A DNA stretch of 64,000 nucleotides from Myxococcota bacterium (GTDB lineage: Bacteria; Myxococcota_A; Polyangia; Nannocystales; Nannocystaceae): the NCBI GenBank assembly GCA_039028615.1, contig JBCCHT010000020.1, positions 64,001 through 128,000 on the forward strand, read 5' to 3'. Positions 45,630 through 53,100 of the stretch are shown piece after piece. The position numbers and the translations under genes were made by a program. Numbering within the stretch: position 1 is the first letter of the stretch; the number at the start of each line of letters is the position of its first letter. The notes below the pieces were generated by a model. The model saw only the letters and a list, made by a program, of their open reading frames with translations. It searched no databases and was not told the origin of the DNA.

Positions 45630-47688
45630 TGTCGTCGCCCGAAGAGGAATCGCCGTCGGAGTCTTCGTCGGACGCCTCCGCGCTCGCGGGTGCCGACTGC
45701 ACCGGGTCCGAGGGATGAGCGGGGTCCTCCTCGCCCCCGGCGAGCGTCGTCGGGCGCGGCTCAGTGGGCGGTCCTTCCTCTCCCACCGCCAACGTCGTCA
45801 TCATCGGACCTTCCTCGCCGACCGCGAATGTCGTCGGCTGCGGAGCGGGCGGTCCTTCTTCCCCCACCGCCAGCGTCGTCATCATCGGACCTTCCTCGCC
45901 GACCGCGAATGTCGTCGGCTGCGGCGACACGGGCGGCCCCTCTTCGCCCACTGCCAGCGTCGTCATCGTCGGCCCTTCTTCACCCACCGCTAGCGTCGTC
46001 GGGTGCGGTGGAGCGGGCGGTGGTCCCTCTTCGCCCACCGCCAGCGTCGTCATCGTCGGCCCTTCTTCACCGACGGCGTGCGTCGTGGGGTGCGGGGCAA
46101 CCGGTGGAGACTCCTCGCCCACGGCCATCGTGGTCATCGTGGGGCCCTCTTCGCCCACCGCTTGGGTGGTCATGACGGGCTCTTCTTCGCCGACGGCCTC
46201 CGTCGTCGCGGCGGGCTCGGTCTCCCCTGCGCCCTCGCTCGGGCTCTCCGCATCCAGCTCTTCGGGGGCATCCTCCGTCGACACGGGCGGAGTCGGAGGC
46301 GGATTCTCCTCGCCCAGCGCCTGGGTGGTCATCACCGGGCCCTCTTCGCCCACCATGGCCGTCGTCCGCCCAACGGGGTTGGGCGCCGCGACGCGATCTT
46401 CCCCGCCCCACATCGCCGAGGTCATGCCCGGGTCTTCCTCGCCCCACACCGACGTCGAGCGCGGCGGGCCTTCCTCCCCGATCGCTTGTGTCGTGAAGCG
46501 CGGACCCTCTTCTCCGACCGCCAGCGTCGTCGCGCCAGGGCCCTCTTCTCCGACCGCCAAGGTCGTCGGACACGAGGGGTCGGGCGGCGTTTCTTCGCCC
46601 GCCACCTGGGTCGTGGCGCTCGGGTCCTCTTCGCCCACCATCTGCGTCGTGAAGCGAGGCTCGTCGACCACCCGCGGGGACGAGCGCGACCACGGGCTCC
46701 CCACGCGCTCCGCCTCCGAGGGTGGGTCGCCCCCCTCTTCCGTTTGCGACGAGGGCCCGGGCACATCCTCGCCGAAGCCGAAGGTCGGCTGTTCTTCCCC
46801 CACCGCGAGCGTGGTGAACGTGCCCGCCCCGACCTCGGGATCGGTGTCGTAGACGTATCCGAGCGATCGATGATCGAGCAGATCGCGGGGCCGGATCGCC
46901 TGCGGCGAGTCACCGAAGGGCGCGACCACCTCGGGGTCCTCGCCCCCGTTCCACGGCCACAGGGTGTCCTCCCAGTTGTGCCCGCTCGGCCCCTCGCCCT
47001 GCGGCTGGTACTCGGCGCCCGGATGACGTCGCTGCCAGTCGGACCACAGCCGATCGATGAACGCATGCACGAGCCAGAACAGCGGATCGTCGGGGGCATC
47101 GTCGCGCGCCATGGCGCCGCCGATCCAGGCATGCACCCGATTGTGGAGCGCAGGGCCGTTGACCCACCCCTCCATGCGATTGCGGAACCCGGTCGACGAC
47201 GATCCGTCCCACGGCACCGCGTCGTAGACCGCGTCGGTCATCACGTGCTCGAGGTCTTCGACGGTGGGCAGCGTACGCGCGGCGGGGTCGAGCCCCAGGC
47301 GGCGGATCAAGAAGCCCTCGCCCGCCAGCGGCCACGCCCCGGCTTCGGTGGCAAAGGGCCCGGTGATCACCATGCCGTCGTGCGGGCGACCGTCGCCGCC
47401 CATGAAATCGTCGGCCCATAGCGGCGATTGCAGCGAGCGATCGCGCGTGAAGTCCCAGTAGGGCAGCGTCACCTCGGGCTCGGCGCTGCGCAGGTCTTCT
47501 TCGAAGCGCAGCAGGAAGTGGCGATGCCAGGCGAAGAACGCCGGCCCTCGTCGTGCCCAGCGAGCACCGAGCCGATAGATCCGCACGTGCTCGTCGTAGC
47601 GCCCTTCATCCTTGAGCGCGAGCAGGGCCTGCACGAAGCTCTGCCTCTCCTTGGCCGTACACCGGGCGTAGTTCTTGCGCGTCCTCAT
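45607..47688 (-). CDS. Tyrosinase-like domain fused to a multi-core graspetide precursor tail (TTxxxGEE x20)
   Basis: MelC2-like N-terminus (RKN..., FFAWHRHFLLRFE, LPYWD, FMGGDG, HNRVH, DPLFWLVHAFID, LGYVYD), then about 400 aa of TTxxxGEE repeats. Confidence 0.92.
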   Translation of the reverse strand: MRTRKNYARCTAKERQSFVQALLALKDEGRYDEHVRIYRLGARWARRGPAFFAWHRHFLLRFEEDLRSAEPEVTLPYWDFTRDRSLQSPLWADDFMGGDGRPHDGMVITGPFATEAGAWPLAGEGFLIRRLGLDPAARTLPTVEDLEHVMTDAVYDAVPWDGSSSTGFRNRMEGWVNGPALHNRVHAWIGGAMARDDAPDDPLFWLVHAFIDRLWSDWQRRHPGAEYQPQGEGPSGHNWEDTLWPWNGGEDPEVVAPFGDSPQAIRPRDLLDHRSLGYVYDTDPEVGAGTFTTLAVGEEQPTFGFGEDVPGPSSQTEEGGDPPSEAERVGSPWSRSSPRVVDEPRFTTQMVGEEDPSATTQVAGEETPPDPSCPTTLAVGEEGPGATTLAVGEEGPRFTTQAIGEEGPPRSTSVWGEEDPGMTSAMWGGEDRVAAPNPVGRTTAMVGEEGPVMTTQALGEENPPPTPPVSTEDAPEELDAESPSEGAGETEPAATTEAVGEEEPVMTTQAVGEEGPTMTTMAVGEESPPVAPHPTTHAVGEEGPTMTTLAVGEEGPPPAPPHPTTLAVGEEGPTMTTLAVGEEGPPVSPQPTTFAVGEEGPMMTTLAVGEEGPPAPQPTTFAVGEEGPMMTTLAVGEEGPPTEPRPTTLAGGEEDPAHPSDPVQSAPASAEASDEDSDGDSSSGDDSGPFGGY
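45727..46815 (-). repeat. Coding tandem array of 20 TTxxxGEE cores
   Basis: Counted from the translation; a 51-nt block is identical at 45793 and 45874 (81-nt period). Confidence 0.95.
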
Positions 47689-47691
47689 GGT

Positions 47692-47916
47692 TCAGCCCTC
47701 CTCCGAGCCGCTGTGGTGCAGCGCCAGCGCCTCGGCCAGGGCGCGCGGGCTCGCATAGCCGCGAAAGGGCAGCGTCGCACACAGCCAGCCCTGATCCTCG
47801 TCGAGCGTCGCGACCACGCGCCGCTCCCCGATGGTCACCGCCACGGACTCGGGCGCATCGTCATCGGTCTCGATGACCACGTCGTGGCCATGGAACTGCT
47901 CCTGTGTACTCGGCAT
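47692..47916 (-). CDS. MelC1-like tyrosinase caddie protein without signal peptide
   Basis: RBS GGAGGG before ATG 47916; EQFHGHDVVI...VTIGERRV...GWLCATLPFRGYASPRALAEAL resembles the caddie core; ends 3 nt before the tyrosinase ATG. Confidence 0.7.
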   Translation of the reverse strand: MPSTQEQFHGHDVVIETDDDAPESVAVTIGERRVVATLDEDQGWLCATLPFRGYASPRALAEALALHHSGSEEG

Positions 47917-47983
47917 GCCCCTCCGATGGTATGCCACCCCGACCGGGCTTGCTTCCCGTGCCCATGCGCGGCATGACCTACGC

Positions 47984-48940
47984 GTGCACGCGTTGACGCT
48001 CGAAGACACGGTGGCCCTGCGCGACGTCGAGCCCCCCACGCCCGGGCCCGGTCAGGCCCTCATCGCGCTGCGCAGCGCGGGTATCTGCGGCACCGATCTC
48101 GAGCTCGTCGCCGGCTACAAGGGGTACCGCGGCATCTTGGGTCACGAGTTCGTCGGCGAGGTGGTGCGCTGCCCGGACGCCCCGTTTTGGGAAGGTCGTC
48201 GCGTCACGGGTGAGATCAACCTGACCTGTGGCGAGTGCGAGCCCTGCCGCGCAGACCTCGCGAAGCACTGCACCACCCGCACCGTGATGGGCATCCTCGG
48301 GCACCCGGGCTGCTTCGCCGAGCAGCTCGTGCTGCCCTTCGCCAACCTCCACGAGGTCCCCGCCCGCGTCTCCGACGACGAGGCGGTCTTCACCGAGCCG
48401 CTCGCCGCCGCCTTCGAACTGTTCGAGTCGGTCGAGCTCGACGACGAGACCGAGGTCGCCGTGTTCGGCGACGGACGACTCGGCTTGCTCATCGGCCTCG
48501 CCTTGCGCAGCCGCGACGTGCCCGTCGTCGCCGTCGGCCGACACCCTCGCAAGCTCGCCATCGTGGCCGCCGCGGGGGCCCGCACCGTTCAGCCGGCCGA
48601 GCTGGGTGACCAACGCTTCGAGGTCGTCGTGGACGCCACCGGTTCGGCCGAGGGCCTGGCGATGGCCTTCGACCACGTACAACCGCGAGGCACCATCGCC
48701 CTCAAGAGCACCGTGCACGGCACGGTCAACCTCGACACCTCGGCCCTGGTGGTCAACGAGATCCGCCTCGTCGGCTCCCGCTGTGGCTCCTTCGACGTGG
48801 CCCTCGAGGCGCTGGCCCAAGGCCGCATCGATCCGCGGCCGCTCATCGACGCCCGCTACCCGCTCGACCAAGCCGCCGCCGCCATGGAGCACGCCCAGCG
48901 CAAGGGCGTGCTCAAGGTGTTGCTGCAGCGGAGCCCGTGA
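47984..48940 (+). CDS. Zn-dependent alcohol dehydrogenase (MDR family)
   Basis: GICGTD; GHEFVG; CGECEPC...HC; EPLAAA; GDGRLG; GSRCG. GTG 47984. Confidence 0.92.
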   Translation: MHALTLEDTVALRDVEPPTPGPGQALIALRSAGICGTDLELVAGYKGYRGILGHEFVGEVVRCPDAPFWEGRRVTGEINLTCGECEPCRADLAKHCTTRTVMGILGHPGCFAEQLVLPFANLHEVPARVSDDEAVFTEPLAAAFELFESVELDDETEVAVFGDGRLGLLIGLALRSRDVPVVAVGRHPRKLAIVAAAGARTVQPAELGDQRFEVVVDATGSAEGLAMAFDHVQPRGTIALKSTVHGTVNLDTSALVVNEIRLVGSRCGSFDVALEALAQGRIDPRPLIDARYPLDQAAAAMEHAQRKGVLKVLLQRSP

Positions 48941-48945
48941 GCAAC

Positions 48946-49947
48946 CTAAAAGCGTCCGGTCAGCGACAGGCCCCAGCCGTTGCGGTGGGCCAGCGGCGAC
49001 ACCGAGACATTCTTCGCGAGGTGTCGGAACTTCTTGTCGTAGCTGCGGAAGCCCGAGGCATAGCCACCCATGACCGCGCCGGGGATCGTGCCCAGCAGGC
49101 TGCCGTAGTAGCCCGCTTCCCACACGTTGGCCGTGCAGCGCTCGTCGGAGCACAGGAACCCAGCCGCCCGCGTGATGACCCACAGCCCCACGCCGCCGCC
49201 GAATAGCCCCCAGCCGAGGCCAAAGCGACGCTTGCGGCTGGAGGGCGTGCTCTCGAACAGCTCGGCGTGTGCATCGACCTGACCGCGACGCGCCATGCCG
49301 CCGATGGTCAGGCCCAAGGCCGTACCGATGAGCGGGTTGTAGAGGTAGCCGCCGGCCGCCAGCGTGCTCACGGGGCTGTTCGTGTCGGCGTTCCGCACCG
49401 CGCTGATCGAGGTGGAGATCTTGACCAGCAGACCCACCGTGCCCACGACTCCGGCGGCGATCAGCATGCCGCGACCGGTCCGAGTGGGTGCGGGCGGAGC
49501 ATTCTTCACCGCGAGGTCGGGCGGGGGTGGCCCAGCCGGAAGCACGGGCGCGGGCACGTCGGCGACCTGAACCGGCGGCGTCTCGGATGCCACGGGCTCG
49601 ACGGGCTCGGCCGCTTCGGGATCGACGGGGGCCTCACCGCCGGGCGGCGTGGCGGGAGCGGGCACCATCGACGGCGGCGCGCTCCCGGACGGCGCGGGGC
49701 CGGGCGCGGGCGCGGGCACCATCGACGGCGGAGGTGCAGCACTCGGCGGAGCGGTGCTCGGAGGCGGAGCGGCGCTCGGCGGCGGAGCGGCGCTCGGCGG
49801 CGGAGCGGCGCTCGGCGGAGCGACGGCGGGAGGCGTGGTCGCGGGCGGGGGCGCGGCCGCGGGTGGCGAAGCCGTGACCTCGGGCGGAGCCGCCGGCTGG
49901 GGTGCAGACGCGAGCAGGAGCGCGAGACAAGCCAGAGACAACGACAT
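48946..49947 (-). CDS. Pro-rich secreted/membrane protein (paralog of 32124..33101)
   Basis: Signal peptide; (SAAPPP)n linker; TGRGMLIAAG; LGWGLFGGGVGLWVITR; C-terminal GLSLTGRF. Confidence 0.75.
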   Translation of the reverse strand: MSLSLACLALLLASAPQPAAPPEVTASPPAAAPPPATTPPAVAPPSAAPPPSAAPPPSAAPPPSTAPPSAAPPPSMVPAPAPGPAPSGSAPPSMVPAPATPPGGEAPVDPEAAEPVEPVASETPPVQVADVPAPVLPAGPPPPDLAVKNAPPAPTRTGRGMLIAAGVVGTVGLLVKISTSISAVRNADTNSPVSTLAAGGYLYNPLIGTALGLTIGGMARRGQVDAHAELFESTPSSRKRRFGLGWGLFGGGVGLWVITRAAGFLCSDERCTANVWEAGYYGSLLGTIPGAVMGGYASGFRSYDKKFRHLAKNVSVSPLAHRNGWGLSLTGRF

Positions 49948-50096
49948 GGCGGCCCCCCGATAGTGCCCGGTCCGAGCGAAACGATCATCATCCGAGGGAC
50001 GGGCTGGCGCCGATCGGGGTCCGGGTGCCCCAAATCGCGGGTTTCCCCACCTAGGCGCTCATCCCGTCGTCGTGGGTGTGGCCGCGACAACGCCCA

Positions 50097-50112
50097 CGGC
50101 ACGCCAATTGCC
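50097..50112 (+). promoter_or_regulatory. Sigma54 (-24/-12) promoter
   Basis: CGGCACG-CCAA-TTGC: GG at 50098-99 and GC at 50110-11 with the exact 10-nt spacing, about 65 nt upstream of the transporter gene. Confidence 0.65.
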
Positions 50113-50178
50113 GCAAAACAGCGTCCGTAGACCTGCGTTCAGTGGTCGGCGTCGTATCGGCTGGGGGAGACTGGTTGT

Positions 50179-53100
50179 CTGAGCAAGGACGGCAAGTTCG
50201 GAACCTTCGGCGGGGTCTTCACCCCCTCCATCCTGACGATCCTCGGCGTCATCATGTACCTGCGCTTGCCGTGGGTCATCGGCAACGCCGGCCTCTGGAT
50301 GGGCCTGGGCATCATCGTCGTCGCCCACGTCATCTCGATCACCACCGGGCTGTCGATCTCCTCGATCGCCACCGACAAGAACGTCGGCGCGGGCGGGCCC
50401 TACTACATCGTCTCGCGCAGCCTGGGCCTGCCGATCGGCGGCACGCTCGGCTTGGCTCTATTCGTGGGGCTGTCGTTTTCGATCAGCCTGTACGTGATCG
50501 GTTTTTGCGAGAGCATGCTGTCGCTGACCGGCTTCGAGGTGAGCCCGGGCAACCTGCGGATCGCGGGCACGATCACCATCGTCGCGGTCACCGTCGTCAC
50601 GTTCATCTCCACCGCGTTCGCGATCAAGACGCAGTACCTCATCCTCGGGGCGATCGGCCTGTCGCTGCTATCGATCGCCTTCGGCTTCCTCGGCTCGAAC
50701 CCCGCCCCCGTCCCCGCCACGCCGCAGTTCGACGTGGCCCCCAACGCGCCCTCGATGGGTGAGCTGTTCGGGGTGTTCTTCCCCGCGGTGACCGGCTTCA
50801 CCGCGGGCGTGAACATGTCGGGCGACCTCAAGGACCCGAAGCGGGGGATCCCCGTGGGCACGCTGGCCGCCATCGGCGTGGGCATGGTCGTGTACCTGGC
50901 GCTGGCGGTGTTCCTCGCCTACCGGGTCGACGCCTCCGCGCTGCGCGACCAGACCGACGTCCTCACCCAGATCGCGGCCGTGCCCGCGGCGGTCACCGCC
51001 GGCATCTGGGGTGCCACCCTCAGCTCGGCGCTGGGCAGCATCCTCGGGGCACCGCGAATCCTCCAGGCGCTGTCGGTCGACCGCATCACCCCGCGCTTTT
51101 TCGCCAAGGGCACGGGCAAGACCAACGAGCCGCGCAATGCCCTGCTGCTCGCGTTCGTGATCGGCGAGGGCGGCATCCTCATCGCCGAGCTCGACGTCAT
51201 CGCGCGCGTGGTCTCGATGGTGTTCTTGGCCACCTACGGGTTCTTGAACATCAGCTCGGCCATCGAGAGCTGGGCGAGCCCGGACTTCCGGCCCGACTTC
51301 CGCATCCCCCGGCTGGTGAGCGTCATCGGAGCGGTCACCTGCGCGGTGGTGATGATCCAGCTCGACTTCGCGGCCATGGCCGCCGCGACCGCGATCCTCA
51401 CCGCGCTGTTTCTGCTGCTCAAGCGCCGCCAGCTCACCCTGGACGCGGGCGACACCTGGGAGGGCATCTGGTCGTCGATCGTGCGCGCGGGCCTGCATCG
51501 GCTCAACCAGAGCGGCCGCGGGCAGCGACGCAACTGGCGACCCAACGTGCTGACCTTCAGCTACGCGGGCGACTCCTCCCGCCCCCAGCTGCTCGAGCTC
51601 TCACGCGCCCTCATCACCGGCAACGGGCTGCTCACCGACTTCGAGCTGCTCGATCCGACCCGCGGCCACTCGGGAGACACCGACGACGACGATGACGACA
51701 CCAGCCCGGTGGGGGTCTTTCGTCGGCGTACGCCCTGCCGCGACTACTACGAGACGGTCTCCGCCGCCTGCCGCCACCATGGCTTCACCGGCATCGACCC
51801 CAACGCGGTCATGCTCGACTGGGACGTCGACCGCTCGCAGCCCGCCCGCCTGCTCGCCCTGCTGCGCAATACCGCCGAGCAAGACCTCAACCTGCTCGCC
51901 CTGCACTACGACGAGGAGCGGGGCTGGGGCCAGCGACGCCGGGTCGACATCTGGTGGCGGCCGCAGCAGGGCAATGTGGCGCTCAGCCTGTCGCTGATGC
52001 GCTTTTTGACCCGCTTCGAGGAATGGCGAGCGACGCAGCTGCGCTTCGTGCTCGTGTCCGAGGACACCTCGTTCAGCGACGACCTGCTGCACGCCATGCG
52101 AGGGGTGCTGGCCGAGGCTCGCGTCGAGGCCAAGGTCAAGGTGGTCGCCAGCCCCTCGCAGGCGCAGGGCTTCGAGGCCATGGTGCGCCAGGAGTCCAGC
52201 GATGCCGACCTCGTGGTCATGGGTCTACCGCGGACCCGCGACCTCGACGAAGAGCGCATCGCCAGCATCGACGAGATGCTCTCCGGGCTCGGCACCACGC
52301 TGCTGTTGCAGGGCTCTTCGCTCTTCGAAGAGGTCCTGCCCGTGGGCGGGCGCACCGGCCTGGTCGAGGCCATCGAGCGCGCCCAGTCCAGCGCCACCGA
52401 GCTTCGACCGCTGCACCTGCCCAAGATGGCCGAGCTGGAGGAGCCCGCGTCCAACTTCGCCTCGCGGCTGGGCAAGCTCACCGACGAGCTGTACCGGCTC
52501 GGCCTCGCCCCCGTGCTGGGGCGCCAGGAATCGCTGCTCAGCGACGTCAAGCAGCTGGTCGTGCGGCAGTTCGAGATCGTCCGCAAGGGCGTGGACGAGG
52601 CCGACCCCGCCCGCGCCCGCAAGCCCGCGGGGCGAGCCCAGGGCGGCTTCCTGTTCCAGGCCCGCAAGCTCATCGACACCTTCGAAGAAGAGGAGCTCCC
52701 CGCCCAGGCCAAGGCCTTGCACGATCGCCTCGGCACCTTCATCTCCGGCCTGTCTCGCCTCGGCCGCGACGTGCCCAAGACGATCCGCGTCCGCATGATG
52801 CCGGACGAGCTGGCGGCCAAGCCCGAGGACGAAGGCTACCTGCGGCGCTTCAAGTGGCGCCGTCGCTGGGCCTCCCGGCTGCTGCGCAGCACGACCTACG
52901 AGGCTCCCATCGGGGTGCTGCAAGCCTGGTACATCGACGAGGGCGCGGCCGAGCTGCTCGAGCAGACCTTGCGCGGGGTCGAGTCGTGCAGCCACCGGGT
53001 CACGGTCCAGCTGGGTAAGATCCTCAACGAAGCGGCGACCGAGCTGGGGGCGGTGCTGTCGGCCATCGACCGCCGGGACATCGACGCGGACGGCATCGAG

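Noticed and set aside
45727..46815. Repeat-spacer-like DNA pattern suggesting a CRISPR array
   Set aside because: Repeats vary at synonymous positions, stay in frame and encode TTxxxGEE; spacers are short and related; no cas genes.
47245..47275. TVEDL in the tyrosinase as a plesiocin LFIEDL leader
   Set aside because: It falls in the LPT...V..VL helix normal to bacterial tyrosinases; the similarity is probably coincidental.
47984..48940. Alcohol dehydrogenase as a tailoring enzyme of the graspetide cluster
   Set aside because: Divergently transcribed ordinary MDR enzyme; nothing beyond proximity links it.
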